Shown one piece after another: positions 33,013 to 43,327 of a DNA stretch of 57,047 nucleotides (position 1 is its first letter; each line of letters begins with the position of its first letter). The notes under the pieces are model-generated. The model made no database searches. It was not told the origin of the DNA and was given only the letters and a program-made list of their open reading frames with translations. The stretch is taken from NCBI GenBank assembly GCA_044355565.1, contig JBIKXW010000001.1:1-57047 (forward strand), read 5' to 3'. The position numbers and the translations under genes are program-made. Source of the DNA: Candidatus Planktophila sp. (GTDB lineage Bacteria; Actinomycetota; Actinomycetes; Nanopelagicales; Nanopelagicaceae).

Positions 33013-33993
33013 TTAGGAGTGACCATCAAAGAGGCTTGTAACCGAACCATCTTCAAAGACCTCGCGGATTGCACGGCCCAGAAGTGGAGCGATGGAAAGC
33101 ACAGTCAGATTGTCGAACTTTTGATCCTCAGTAATTGGCAAGGTATTTGTAATGACAACTTCGGAAGCACGGCTGTTCTTTAAGCGATCTACAGCTGGGC
33201 CGCTAAACACTGCGTGGGTTGCAGCGATAATGACATCGGCAGCACCTGCTTCAAATAGTGCATCAACAGCCTTTGTAATTGTTCCAGCTGTATCGATCAT
33301 GTCATCAATAACTACACATGTTTGACCAACAACATCACCAACAACGCGTCCTGTAATGGATTCGTTAGGAATACGTGGATCACGTGTCTTATGAATAAAT
33401 GCAATTGGGCAACCACCCAATAAATCTGACCAACGCTCGGCAACACGTACTCGTCCAGAGTCTGGAGAAACGATGGTTAAGCGTGTGCGATCTACCTTGC
33501 TGCCAACATAGTTTGCGAGCATTGGAAGTGCGAAGAGATGATCCACTGGACCATCAAAGAAACCTTGAATCTGTGAGGTGTGCAGATCAACCGCCATTAA
33601 GCGATCAGCTCCTGCGGTCTTGAAAAGATCAGCCATCAAGCGTGCAGTAATTGGCTCGCGACCGCGGCTCTTTTTATCTTGACGTGCATAACCGTAAAAA
33701 GGTGTGACTACAGTAATTCGCTTTGCTGACGCGCGCTTCAAAGCATCAACCATGATCAGTTGTTCCATGATCTGCTTATTAACTGGGTTTGTATGGCTCT
33801 GAATTACAAAAGCATCACAGCCGCGAACTGATTCTTCAAAGCGAACAAAGATTTCACCATTAGCAAAGTCATATGCAGATGTTGGTGTTAGAGGGATACC
33901 AAGTTCGGTTGCGACCTCTTCAGCTAGCTCAGGAAATCCGCGGCCTGCAAATAGGCGTAATCTCTTTTCAGAAGATAAACGGATCTCGCTCAT
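33013..33993 (-). CDS. prs: Ribose-phosphate diphosphokinase
   Basis: FANGEIFVR, YGYARQDKK, VSPDSG and DDMIDTAGT motifs. Confidence 0.97.
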   Translation of the reverse strand: MSEIRLSSEKRLRLFAGRGFPELAEEVATELGIPLTPTSAYDFANGEIFVRFEESVRGCDAFVIQSHTNPVNKQIMEQLIMVDALKRASAKRITVVTPFYGYARQDKKSRGREPITARLMADLFKTAGADRLMAVDLHTSQIQGFFDGPVDHLFALPMLANYVGSKVDRTRLTIVSPDSGRVRVAERWSDLLGGCPIAFIHKTRDPRIPNESITGRVVGDVVGQTCVVIDDMIDTAGTITKAVDALFEAGAADVIIAATHAVFSGPAVDRLKNSRASEVVITNTLPITEDQKFDNLTVLSIAPLLGRAIREVFEDGSVTSLFDGHS

Positions 33994-33997
33994 GTAT

Positions 33998-35407
33998 TTA
34001 GCCTTTCTTTTCTGCTGCGATTGCTGATTTGCTGCCCGCGCGCTTGCGCAGGACCCAACCTATTACATTTCTCTGCTTCGCTCGGCCAACACCAATCGCG
34101 CCTGCCGGAACATCTTCCGTAATCACCGATCCAGCGGCTGTATATGCACCATCTCCGATATGAACAGGGGCTACCAGCATTGTGTCGCTGCCAATTCGAA
34201 CCTGATCACCCACTGTTGTGTGGTGTTTTTCAACCCCATCATAATTTACAAAGATAGTTGCAGCGCCAATGTTGCTGCCTTCTCCGATTGTTGCATCACC
34301 AACATATGAAAGATGCGGAACCTTTGAACCATTTCCAACGGTTGCATTCTTCATCTCGACAAATGCGCCAGCCTTTGTTGCATCTCCTAATTGTGTTCCC
34401 GCTCGCAAATATGTGAATGGGCCAACGGATGATCCTTCTCCAATCACGGTTTCAATCGCGATTGATTCCAAAACAGAGGCGCTCTCTTTTACTAAGCAAT
34501 CAGTCAAAGTTGTTCGTGGCCCAATAACAGCGCCAGTTGCTACCTTTGTTGAGCCAAGAAGTACTGATCCTGGGTGAATAGTTACATCAGGTGAAAGTTC
34601 AACCGTTGAATCAATCCATGTCGTGGTGGGATCAATAATGGTGACACCTGCTCGCATCCAATGATCATTGATGCGATCGCGCAACATGGCAGCACTTTCT
34701 GCCAACTGAACCCGATCATTGACGCCAAGAGTTTCAGTAAAATCATCGATCATAATTGCAGCAACAGATTCGCCAGCTGACTTTAGAATTCCAATAACAT
34801 CGGTTAAATACAGCTCGCCTTGTGCATTGGCATTAGTTAACTTACCGATTGATGCTGCAAGTTTTTCGCCATCAAATGCATACACGCCACTGTTAATTTC
34901 AAAGATGAACTTCTCATCATCGGTCGCATCTTTTTCTTCAACTATGCGAAGTAGCTCATCACTGTCATCGCGGATAATTCGACCATAGCCTGTTGGCTCT
35001 GGATGTTCTGCAGTTAAAACCGATGCAGCAAACTCTCCTGCGGCGTGAGCAGCAACAAACTGCGCTAAAGAATCGCCGGTTAAAAGTGGAGTATCGCCGG
35101 CGAGAATCAAGACCGTTCCCTTTGGTGTATTACCTGCGAGCGCTAGCTGGGTGGCATGACCTGTTCCATTGCGCTGTTCCTGCACAACAGTTACTGCACC
35201 TGGTGCGATCTGTGAAATATGAGCCTCAACCATTTCGCGACCTGAACCGATAACGATTCGGAGTTCGCTGGGATTAAGTTGAGATACCGCATTAACAACA
35301 TGGCCGAGCAGAGAACGACCAGCAACGCTGTGTAGAACCTTGGGAGTTGCCGACTTCATACGTGTGCCTTCACCTGCGGCGAGGAGGATCACGGTTTGTA
35401 CGGTCAC
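33998..35407 (-). CDS. glmU: Bifunctional GlcNAc-1-P uridyltransferase / GlcN-1-P acetyltransferase
   Basis: LAAGEGTRMKS, GYGRI, ELYLTD, hexapeptide repeats, HLSYVGD and NYDG motifs. Confidence 0.97.
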   Translation of the reverse strand: MTVQTVILLAAGEGTRMKSATPKVLHSVAGRSLLGHVVNAVSQLNPSELRIVIGSGREMVEAHISQIAPGAVTVVQEQRNGTGHATQLALAGNTPKGTVLILAGDTPLLTGDSLAQFVAAHAAGEFAASVLTAEHPEPTGYGRIIRDDSDELLRIVEEKDATDDEKFIFEINSGVYAFDGEKLAASIGKLTNANAQGELYLTDVIGILKSAGESVAAIMIDDFTETLGVNDRVQLAESAAMLRDRINDHWMRAGVTIIDPTTTWIDSTVELSPDVTIHPGSVLLGSTKVATGAVIGPRTTLTDCLVKESASVLESIAIETVIGEGSSVGPFTYLRAGTQLGDATKAGAFVEMKNATVGNGSKVPHLSYVGDATIGEGSNIGAATIFVNYDGVEKHHTTVGDQVRIGSDTMLVAPVHIGDGAYTAAGSVITEDVPAGAIGVGRAKQRNVIGWVLRKRAGSKSAIAAEKKG

Positions 35408-35423
35408 GAGTGAAGTCTATCGG

Positions 35424-35498
35424 TGGCTCCGCCACCAGGTATCGATCCTGGACCCTGGGCTTCAAAGGCCCATGTGCTAGCCACTACACAATGGCGGA
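35424..35498 (-). tRNA. tRNA-Gln(TTG) with encoded CCA and atypical T-loop
   Basis: Acceptor stem TCCGCCA/TGGCGGA-G-CCA with U1-A72; anticodon arm TGGGC-CTTTGAA-GCCCA; usual position upstream of glmU. Confidence 0.9.
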
Positions 35499-35569
35499 AC
35501 GCATATTCTCCCTCATAAATGGTGGTGCTGACGACCATAGCCCAGCAAAAGGCGATCAATTGATAGAAA

Positions 35570-36484
35570 TTAGGAGATTACCTTTGCGCCCGCCACAGGG
35601 CCATACGCACGAGCAACGCTGCCAACTACCCCGCTTGAGGTTAAAGCAACCGCTAAATCAAGCCCAGCCTCTTCATCTGCCACTAAAAAAGCAACTGTTG
35701 GGCCTGATCCTGAAACGATCGCCCCTAGCGCTCCATATTCCTGGCCAACATCGAGCACTAAACGGAGTGCAGGTCTCAAAGAACATGCAGCTGCTTGTAA
35801 ATCATTAACTAGGGCTGCTCCAACAGCAGGTGCATCTGCCGCAAGCAGGGCTTGCATTAAGGATTCATTAGTTTGAGGTTCCACAATTTCAAGTTCGGCA
35901 CGTAAGCGATCGCATTCGGCATAGACAGCAGGAGTTGATAAGCCAACTGTAGATAAAGCAAGTACCCAGTGGTAAGTACCCCGTGACAATGCAGCTGTTA
36001 ATTGATCGCCATGTCCCCGCCCGATCGCAGTTCCACCGCTGAGCATGAATGGAACATCGCTACCAAGTTGAGAGGCGATCTCGACCATCTCTTCGCGAGT
36101 CATTCCGAGAGAATATAAAGAATCAATCCCAACAATTGTTGCTGCAGCATCCGCACTTCCTCCAGCCATTCCACCAGCAACTGGAATAGATTTCTTGATT
36201 TCTATATGTGCATCGACAACTAAGTCATACTCCTTAGAAATCAACGCCACCGCTTTTGCTGCCAAATTATTTGAATCGGCGGGGACACCATGTGTTTGAT
36301 CTCCTGTTATAGAAATCGTCAAACCTGCACCAGGTTCAGATAACTTGATCGTTACATCATCAAAGATTGATATGGCTTGAAAAACTGATACTAGGTTATG
36401 AAAACCATCGGACTCTTTTGGACCAACGGAAAGCTGAAGGTTGACCTTTGCAGGTACTCGCACGGTCACACTCTTTACAGGCAT
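35570..36484 (-). CDS. ispE: 4-diphosphocytidyl-2-C-methyl-D-erythritol kinase
   Basis: PAKVNL, IPVAGGMAGGSADAAA, LGSDVPF and SGSGPT motifs. Confidence 0.96.
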   Translation of the reverse strand: MPVKSVTVRVPAKVNLQLSVGPKESDGFHNLVSVFQAISIFDDVTIKLSEPGAGLTISITGDQTHGVPADSNNLAAKAVALISKEYDLVVDAHIEIKKSIPVAGGMAGGSADAAATIVGIDSLYSLGMTREEMVEIASQLGSDVPFMLSGGTAIGRGHGDQLTAALSRGTYHWVLALSTVGLSTPAVYAECDRLRAELEIVEPQTNESLMQALLAADAPAVGAALVNDLQAAACSLRPALRLVLDVGQEYGALGAIVSGSGPTVAFLVADEEAGLDLAVALTSSGVVGSVARAYGPVAGAKVIS

Positions 36485-36505
36485 GCGGTGACCCTATAAC
36501 TGCTC

Positions 36506-37348
36506 TTAGAAAATATCAGGTGCAACCGCTGCGATCTGACAAAAAGATTTAACCTCAAGGGCTTCGCCTCGCAAAGTTGGATCAATCCCAGCTTTGATCA
36601 ATATCTCTTCTGCTGCAGATGATGAGCCATACAGGCTGGAAAGGGCTGATCTGAGCATCTTTCGGCGCTGCGCGAAGGCTGCATCAATGATTGTGAAAAC
36701 CTTTTCCCGCATCTCCTCGCTTCCGGCAGTTTGGCGACGAGTAAAGCCCACCAATTTGGAGTCAACATTAGGAGCTGGCCAAAAGATAGATCTTGAAACT
36801 GTTCCGACATTTTTAACATCGGCCCACCAAGCAGCTTTAACACTTGGGATTCCATACTCTTTGCCGCCAGGCTTTGCCGCTAAACGATCAGCAACCTCAG
36901 CTTGAACCATAACAACACCTGTACGGATCGTTGGGAACTTTTCCAAAAGATGAAGCAAAACCGGAACTGAGACGTTGTACGGCAGGTTCGCAACTAAAAC
37001 CGTTGGCGCAAATGGAAGATCATGCAGCGCTAAGGCATCCTTATTGATGACTGTGAGATTTTCAGGGTTTGCAAAGTGTTGGGCAACAGTTATTGGAAGT
37101 TGCTGTGCAAGGCGCGGATCGATTTCAACTGCGATGACAGATTTGGCTGCATCTAACATTGCAAGGGTTAATGAGCCAAGCCCTGGCCCGATTTCTAAGG
37201 CAATATCATCTTTGGTAACACCAGCGGTGCGTACGATTTTCGTGCAGACATTTGAATCGATAACAAAATTCTGTCCTAAAGATTTAGAAGGCTTGAGATC
37301 TAACTGCGCTGCAAGTTCGCGGATCTGCGCCGCACCTAACAATGTCAT
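36506..37348 (-). CDS. rsmA: 16S rRNA A1518/A1519 dimethyltransferase
   Basis: LGQNF, EIGPGLGSLT, ANLPYN, MVQAEVA and FAQRRKML motifs. Confidence 0.97.
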   Translation of the reverse strand: MTLLGAAQIRELAAQLDLKPSKSLGQNFVIDSNVCTKIVRTAGVTKDDIALEIGPGLGSLTLAMLDAAKSVIAVEIDPRLAQQLPITVAQHFANPENLTVINKDALALHDLPFAPTVLVANLPYNVSVPVLLHLLEKFPTIRTGVVMVQAEVADRLAAKPGGKEYGIPSVKAAWWADVKNVGTVSRSIFWPAPNVDSKLVGFTRRQTAGSEEMREKVFTIIDAAFAQRRKMLRSALSSLYGSSSAAEEILIKAGIDPTLRGEALEVKSFCQIAAVAPDIF

Positions 37349-38205
37349 GGGGCGAAGGATCCAAAAATTCGCTCAGCGTTTTCGCTGAGCGCTGTTGCAA
37401 GCTCAGCCAAATCTTGATTCCGCTCTGATGCCATTGCACGAACAATTGTTGCGATCTGTGCTGGAGTATTTCCTGCACCTCGATGTGGTGATGGTGCAAG
37501 GAAAGGTGAGTCTGTTTCTACCAACAATTGATCGGCAGGCACCAGTTTCACCGCTTCACGAAGCTCAGGTGCATTTTTGAAGGTCAATGTGCCTGCAAAG
37601 GACAGGATGTAGCCACGCTCAATACACAGCTTGGCCATCGCGACATCCCCTGAAAAACAGTGAAAGACGGTCTTTTCTGGGGCTCCTACTTCTAGAAGTA
37701 CTGATAAAACATCATCATGTGAATCTCGATCATGAATAACAAGTGCCTTATTGGTTTTCTTAGCTAATTCAATATGCCACTTAAAGGAATCCTGCTGACG
37801 TTTACGAAGTTCGGGTGGAGTTCTAAAGTAATCAAGACCTGTTTCGCCAATTGCTCGTACACGCGGATGTTGTGCAAGCTCTTCAATAATCTTTAAATCC
37901 GCCTCTAGGTCAACAACCACCGGTGCTTCATTGGGATGCAAAGCCACCGCTGCCAAGACAGATGTACTCCACTTTTCAGCCGCCGCTACACACCACTTTG
38001 ATTGTTCTGCTGAATAACCAACTTGAACAATTCGATCAACATTTACAGATTTGGCCTCAGCGATGACATCTGCAACCTCTTGCGAATCAAAGGCGGCATC
38101 AGTGACGATCTCCATGTGCGCATGAGCATCAACTGTTGGAACCGGTAAAGGTTCTGGCAATGGTGCGCGAGGTCGATCGATATCGCGGTTGTGGCGATCA
38201 GCCAT
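37345..38205 (-). CDS. tatD: TatD-family hydrolase/DNase
   Basis: DAHAH, HP, IGETGLDY, IHDRD, FHCFSG and ETDSPFL motifs. Confidence 0.94.
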   Translation of the reverse strand: MADRHNRDIDRPRAPLPEPLPVPTVDAHAHMEIVTDAAFDSQEVADVIAEAKSVNVDRIVQVGYSAEQSKWCVAAAEKWSTSVLAAVALHPNEAPVVVDLEADLKIIEELAQHPRVRAIGETGLDYFRTPPELRKRQQDSFKWHIELAKKTNKALVIHDRDSHDDVLSVLLEVGAPEKTVFHCFSGDVAMAKLCIERGYILSFAGTLTFKNAPELREAVKLVPADQLLVETDSPFLAPSPHRGAGNTPAQIATIVRAMASERNQDLAELATALSENAERIFGSFAP

Positions 38206-38208
38206 GTG

Positions 38209-39777
38209 TTACGAAGCAGGAGTTTCTAGTCGCGGAAACAAAACTGGAGTCTTAGTAACAGTTGCACCTTGTGGAAGCTGTCCCCATGTTGCAACCTCTG
38301 AAATCTTTTGTGCAGATAAATCACCTAGCGATGCCTGCGCACCAAGGCTCTGCCACAAAACTTCACATGTCTGAGGCATTACTGGGTGTAGCAAAACCGC
38401 AAGAGCACGCAATGATTCAGCTGTGTTGTATAAAACTTCTTCTAAGACAGCTTGGTTTGCTGGATCTTTTGCAAGAATCCAAGGCTCTTTAATAGTTACA
38501 TAACCATTGACCTGCTTACAGAAATCCATAATTGCCATGATTCCGCCCTGGAAATCTAGGGCGCACATTGCAGCATCTGCCTTTGCAACGGTTTCGGTCA
38601 ACGCTGCCTCTAAACCAGCATCATGGCTTACCGCTGGAAGCGAACCAGCACAGTACTTTTCAACCATTGCGGCGCTGCGGGAGGCTAGATTTCCAAAGTC
38701 ATTTGCAAGCTCAGATGTGTAACGAGCGCTCATGTCCTCCCATGAAAAAGAGCCATCTGTACCAAATGGGATCGCACGTAAGAAGTAGTAACGGAAAGCA
38801 TCGATTCCGAAGTGATCGGTAATGTCCTTTGGAGCAATACCGGTCAACTTGCTCTTACTCATCTTTTCGCCACCGACCAATAACCAGCCGTGAGCAAAGA
38901 CCTTCTTTGGAACATCTAGTCCTGCAGCCATTAACATCGCCGGCCAAATAACAGCGTGAAAGCGCAAAATATCTTTACCAACTAAGTGAACATCGGCAGG
39001 CCAGGTCTGAGCAAACTTCTTGCCGCCTTCAGTGTCTGGTGCATCGGTTAGACCAACCGCTGTTGCGTAGTTGAGCAAAGCATCAAACCAAACATATACA
39101 ACCTGATCGGTATCCCAAGGAACTGGAATTCCCCAATCAAAGGTTGAACGAGAGATCGAGAGATCGGAAACGCCACCTTCTAAAAATGAAACAACTTCAT
39201 TGCGTGCACTCTCTGGCTGGCACGCATCTGGATTGTTTTTGTAGTGTGCTAGCAGTGGCTCAACAAATGCAGATAGTTTGAAGAACCAGTTATTTTCATT
39301 TACAAGTTCAATTGGTTTGCTATGAATTGGGCAGCATTTAGCGCCATCGATATCAATCAAGTCGCCTGGAAGTTTGAACTCTTCGCAGCCAACACAGTAA
39401 GGACCTTCGTACTTGCCGGCGTAGATGTGTCCAGAATCTTTGAGTGATTGCAAAAACTTTTGTACTCGCTCTGTATGGCGTTTTTCAGTGGTACGGATGA
39501 AATCATCATTGGCAATATTGAGATGTTCCCAATTTGGCTTCCAAGCATCTGCGACTAACTTATCCACCCATACCTGTGGTGCGACATTGTTGGCATCTGC
39601 TGTACGCATTACCTTTTGACCATGTTCATCAGTGCCAGTTAAGAACCACACTGATTCACCCTTTTGACGATGCCAACGGGTGAGAACATCTCCGGCAACT
39701 GTTGTGTAGGCATGCCCAATATGAGGGGCATCGTTGACGTAATAGATCGGCGTCGTTAAATAGAAGGACTTGGTCAC
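38209..39777 (-). CDS. metG: Methionine--tRNA ligase (short form)
   Basis: TTPIYYVN..PHIGHAY, GTDEHG, YVWFDAL and KMSKS motifs. Confidence 0.97.
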   Translation of the reverse strand: MTKSFYLTTPIYYVNDAPHIGHAYTTVAGDVLTRWHRQKGESVWFLTGTDEHGQKVMRTADANNVAPQVWVDKLVADAWKPNWEHLNIANDDFIRTTEKRHTERVQKFLQSLKDSGHIYAGKYEGPYCVGCEEFKLPGDLIDIDGAKCCPIHSKPIELVNENNWFFKLSAFVEPLLAHYKNNPDACQPESARNEVVSFLEGGVSDLSISRSTFDWGIPVPWDTDQVVYVWFDALLNYATAVGLTDAPDTEGGKKFAQTWPADVHLVGKDILRFHAVIWPAMLMAAGLDVPKKVFAHGWLLVGGEKMSKSKLTGIAPKDITDHFGIDAFRYYFLRAIPFGTDGSFSWEDMSARYTSELANDFGNLASRSAAMVEKYCAGSLPAVSHDAGLEAALTETVAKADAAMCALDFQGGIMAIMDFCKQVNGYVTIKEPWILAKDPANQAVLEEVLYNTAESLRALAVLLHPVMPQTCEVLWQSLGAQASLGDLSAQKISEVATWGQLPQGATVTKTPVLFPRLETPAS

Positions 39778-40616
39778 TGGCTCATCTTATTCGCATCGAC
39801 CACAGCGGCATAAACGAGGCGTTTTGCGATGCCAAACTCTTCTGCAACGGTAGCAATTGCAGCCTTTCGATCCATACCGGCAGACTCAAACTCACGAACT
39901 CGACCGACCATGTCTGCTGCAGTTAATGAAGCAGAGTCGGTCACCGCGCCTGCGATAACTAAGGTGATTTCACCCAGGATTTCATTTGTTTGTGCCCACT
40001 GTGAAAGCTCTGTCAAAGTTCCACGAATAGTTTCTTCATATCTTTTCGTCATTTCACGACAAACAGCTGCATGTCTGTCTGCGCCAAAAACCTTGATGCA
40101 ATCCGATAATGATTCAGCGAGTCTGTGTGGAGCTTCAAAGAAAACCATTGTGCGCTCTTCAAAGCGCAACTTTTCAAATGTTGCCATTCGAGCACCGGCT
40201 GTACGAGGAGGAAAGCCTTCAAAGGAAAAACGATCAGTTGGTAAACCAGATAATGCAACCGCCATAGTCACAGCGCTTGGTCCAGGTATTACAGAAACCT
40301 CTATGCCTTCTGCGATTGCATCACGCATGAGACGAAAACCTGGATCACTAATGGTGGGCATGCCTGCATCAGATACAACTAAAACAACGGCACCACTTTT
40401 GAGTTCAGCTATTAACTCGCGACTGCGATCATCCTCATTGCCTTCGAAAAAAGAGAGAACCCGTCCGGTAAATGTGACCTCGATATCTGCGCACAATCGA
40501 TGAAAACGTCGGGAATCTTCTGCTGCGATGATTGATGCCGATTCGATCGCGCTCTTGAGACGGGTGCTTGCATCCCCAGGATTGCCCAAAGGGGTTGCTG
40601 CCAGAATGAGCGTCAT
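39774..40616 (-). CDS. rsmI: 16S rRNA C1402 2'-O-methyltransferase
   Basis: ATPLGN, AAEDSR, SDAGMPTISDPG, FEAPHR and REMTKRYEE motifs. Confidence 0.95.
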   Translation of the reverse strand: MTLILAATPLGNPGDASTRLKSAIESASIIAAEDSRRFHRLCADIEVTFTGRVLSFFEGNEDDRSRELIAELKSGAVVLVVSDAGMPTISDPGFRLMRDAIAEGIEVSVIPGPSAVTMAVALSGLPTDRFSFEGFPPRTAGARMATFEKLRFEERTMVFFEAPHRLAESLSDCIKVFGADRHAAVCREMTKRYEETIRGTLTELSQWAQTNEILGEITLVIAGAVTDSASLTAADMVGRVREFESAGMDRKAAIATVAEEFGIAKRLVYAAVVDANKMSQ

Positions 40617-40654
40617 GGGCTAATCCTCTCAGTAAACGCGCATACTCTTGTCCC

Positions 40655-41929
40655 ATGGCCGCAGCAATTGCTCCGATACTCATCGCGCTAGCCTCATTTG
40701 TGCTGCGTCTTGTAAATCTCGGCGCTACCAAGGGTTACATCTTTGATGAGGTTTATTACGTTGATGGTGCTCGAGATCTACTGAAATACGGCGTTGAGGT
40801 TACTGGTGCTAACCCTGAATTCATTGTCCATCCCCCGGTTGGAAAGTGGCTAATTGCAGGGGGTATAGCGATATTTGGGGATAACGAATTTGGTTGGCGC
40901 TTTGCAACCGCCCTTATTGGCACACTTCTGATTTTAGTTTTTGCTCGCTTGGTACATGTACTTTTCTATTCACCATTGTTGACTGCTTTAGGTGCAGCAT
41001 TAATGGCCCTTGATGGTTTGCTTTTGGTGCACTCTCGAACCGCATTACTAGATTTATTCTTAACATTCTTTATAGTTGTCGGCGTTTTATTGTGGCAAAG
41101 GGATAGACATTGGTGGGCTGGGCTTGCCTTTGGATTAGCTCTTGGATGCAAGTGGAGTGCAATCTATTTCATTGTTGCTATCGCATTAGTAGCGGTCTAT
41201 CGCATATTAGTAAAGATGGATTTAAGAGCCGCCGTGAAGCCCTTACTCACTAAATTTGCACAGTTTGGTTTGCTGCCGATTCTTGTTTATCTCGCTACAT
41301 GGTTTGGATGGTTTTTATCTGATCGTGGTTGGGATCGACAAAGTTCATCTAATCCATTAATTGCATGGTTGAACTATCACACCGAGATGTTAAATTTTCA
41401 CACAGGTTTAACCGAGTCACATCCATATGAAGCTAATCCTTGGAGCTGGCTGATTATGGGAAGACCAACATCCTTCTTTTATGACTCACCCTCAGATTGT
41501 GGAAGCAAAAGCTGTGCCCGAGAAGTGTTGGCACTTGGCACACCAATTTTGTGGTGGATTGGAACAATTGCAATTGCAGTTGTGATTGGGTTTTGGATCA
41601 AGTCATTGGTGCATCGCTCAGTTGATTCAACCGCAAATATTGTTGGTGTAGGAGTTGTCGCAGGCTATCTCCCATGGTTTGCGATGCAAGAGCGAACCAT
41701 GTTCTCTTTTTATTCGATCATTCTCCAACCATTTATGATCCTGGCTATTGTGTATTGCGCAAAACTATTGCTTGATAGTGGTCTTAAGCCAGTTGTTTCT
41801 CAATCAATCGTGGGGGGTTTATTCACCCTAGTGCTGCTTTGTTTTATCTACTTCTTGCCTCTGTATACCGGCCAAACCCTCACATACGATGAATGGAAAA
41901 TGCGTATGTGGTTTGATTCTTGGATCTAA
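40655..41929 (+). CDS. pmt: Polyprenol-phosphate-mannose--protein O-mannosyltransferase (GT39)
   Basis: FDEVYY, HPPVGKW, FGWR, SRTALLD, KWS and HPY...PWSW motifs; divergent from rsmI as in other Actinobacteria. Confidence 0.9.
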   Translation: MAAAIAPILIALASFVLRLVNLGATKGYIFDEVYYVDGARDLLKYGVEVTGANPEFIVHPPVGKWLIAGGIAIFGDNEFGWRFATALIGTLLILVFARLVHVLFYSPLLTALGAALMALDGLLLVHSRTALLDLFLTFFIVVGVLLWQRDRHWWAGLAFGLALGCKWSAIYFIVAIALVAVYRILVKMDLRAAVKPLLTKFAQFGLLPILVYLATWFGWFLSDRGWDRQSSSNPLIAWLNYHTEMLNFHTGLTESHPYEANPWSWLIMGRPTSFFYDSPSDCGSKSCAREVLALGTPILWWIGTIAIAVVIGFWIKSLVHRSVDSTANIVGVGVVAGYLPWFAMQERTMFSFYSIILQPFMILAIVYCAKLLLDSGLKPVVSQSIVGGLFTLVLLCFIYFLPLYTGQTLTYDEWKMRMWFDSWI

Positions 41930-42706
41930 TTACTCGTTAGCTGCGCGAACTTGATTCAAACGATCAACAGCCTCATCTGCAAGTTGCTGATCAAAGATTT
42001 CATCACGAGATGGTGAAACTGCAGCTAACGCTTCACGCTCAAGACGCTCTTGCTCTTGGCTCCATTGACCAGGAATTGTCAGATCAAGTACGCGCTTTGG
42101 AACAACTGCCTTAGGTGCATTGACATATGTAGGGACAGGAATCTCTGTGGGCTCCCAAGCATTTCGAACCGCAGCTGTTCCTTGAGGCAAAATCACAACG
42201 CCCTTGAGTTCGCGCTCGGATAATGGGATCCAATGTTCACTGCTTGCTTTTGGCTGAACTACATCTGCAAGATTTGTATTTGAGACGCCGGAATTTTGAC
42301 GGCTAAGTTGTTGAACTCGACGCTTCTGTAATTGCTCACCATTTACATTCCGACGTACATGGGCGATGTAAATCAATAATGCAGATGCTGGCACTAGTGC
42401 GTAAACAAATGGCATTGTGTTCATGGCTCCACCTAAAACTGTCGATACAAGTGAGAATGCAATAAGTATGAAAGTAATTCTGCGGCGAAGAAGTGTCTGT
42501 TGATTTTTTGCTTCTTGATCTAAATCAATGTGAATCGATCCGCCAGCTATTGAGGCGTGAGGTGACTGGTTGGCCACGACTCGAAGTGCGCCCTTGAAAC
42601 GCTCTACCGACTTTCCGGAGAACTCATTGCGGTCATGGATCCAACGGGGCGCAAAATAAGCGACCCACATTCCAATGATCGCAATGTAAATGATTCCCGA
42701 AGTCAT
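41930..42706 (-). CDS. glpR: Divisome membrane protein GlpR/SepX-like
   Basis: N-terminal TM helix, RRR then two TM helices, disordered tail with WEPTEIPVPTYVNAPKA, C-terminal RAANE; downstream of glp and GNAT. Confidence 0.7.
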   Translation of the reverse strand: MTSGIIYIAIIGMWVAYFAPRWIHDRNEFSGKSVERFKGALRVVANQSPHASIAGGSIHIDLDQEAKNQQTLLRRRITFILIAFSLVSTVLGGAMNTMPFVYALVPASALLIYIAHVRRNVNGEQLQKRRVQQLSRQNSGVSNTNLADVVQPKASSEHWIPLSERELKGVVILPQGTAAVRNAWEPTEIPVPTYVNAPKAVVPKRVLDLTIPGQWSQEQERLEREALAAVSPSRDEIFDQQLADEAVDRLNQVRAANE

Positions 42707-42754
42707 GATGGGTAAATCTAAAGGTAGGGGTGATGAATTTCTGGGATTTGGGGG

Positions 42755-43324
42755 CTACTTGATCGCGGAATTTTCGCTAACAAATGTGATGTGATCTCGC
42801 CATTGGCCATCGATATGCAGATACCGGGGGCGCTCTCCTTCAAGAATATATCCAGCTTTTTCCGCGACTCTGCGAGATGAGGCATTTTCAGGACGCAGAT
42901 TTATCTCTAGTCGATGCAGCTTTAACTCCTGAAATGCATACCGAGTAAGGATTTCAACGGCTTGTGTTGTGTATCCACGGTTGGCGAAGTTGCGATCGAT
43001 CCAATACCCAATGTGGCCCCCTCGCATAGCGCCGTACATGACCCCGCCCAATGTAATTTGGCCGATCAACTGAGATTGGTGCCAGATGGCAAATGATAAA
43101 GATCGCCCATTGCGCGCCTCATAATTCAAAATCTTTACCATCTCAAAAAATGATGGGAGCTGGCTATAACTTTCCTCACCTGAGTTCGGCATCGTCGCTT
43201 CCCACGGAGAGAGCCAATCTCGGTTTTCTACACGAACCTGATTCCACTTGGCCCGATCCCTAAAACGCAAGGGACGGAGGAGAATCTCATGACCTTTGAT
43301 CTCAATGGGCCATTTACTTTTCAT
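42755..43324 (-). CDS. RimJ-like GNAT N-acetyltransferase
   Basis: WLSPWE, IGYWID, LHRLEINLRPEN.SSRRVAEK and YLHIDGQWRDH motifs. Confidence 0.9.
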   Translation of the reverse strand: MKSKWPIEIKGHEILLRPLRFRDRAKWNQVRVENRDWLSPWEATMPNSGEESYSQLPSFFEMVKILNYEARNGRSLSFAIWHQSQLIGQITLGGVMYGAMRGGHIGYWIDRNFANRGYTTQAVEILTRYAFQELKLHRLEINLRPENASSRRVAEKAGYILEGERPRYLHIDGQWRDHITFVSENSAIK

Positions 43325-43327
43325 AAA

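Noticed and set aside
39829-40503. 224-aa antisense ORF over rsmI, and similar shadow ORFs over mfd, glmU, metG and MMPL
   Set aside because: They lie fully opposite well-conserved genes, have composition typical of reverse-complement codons, and show no motifs.
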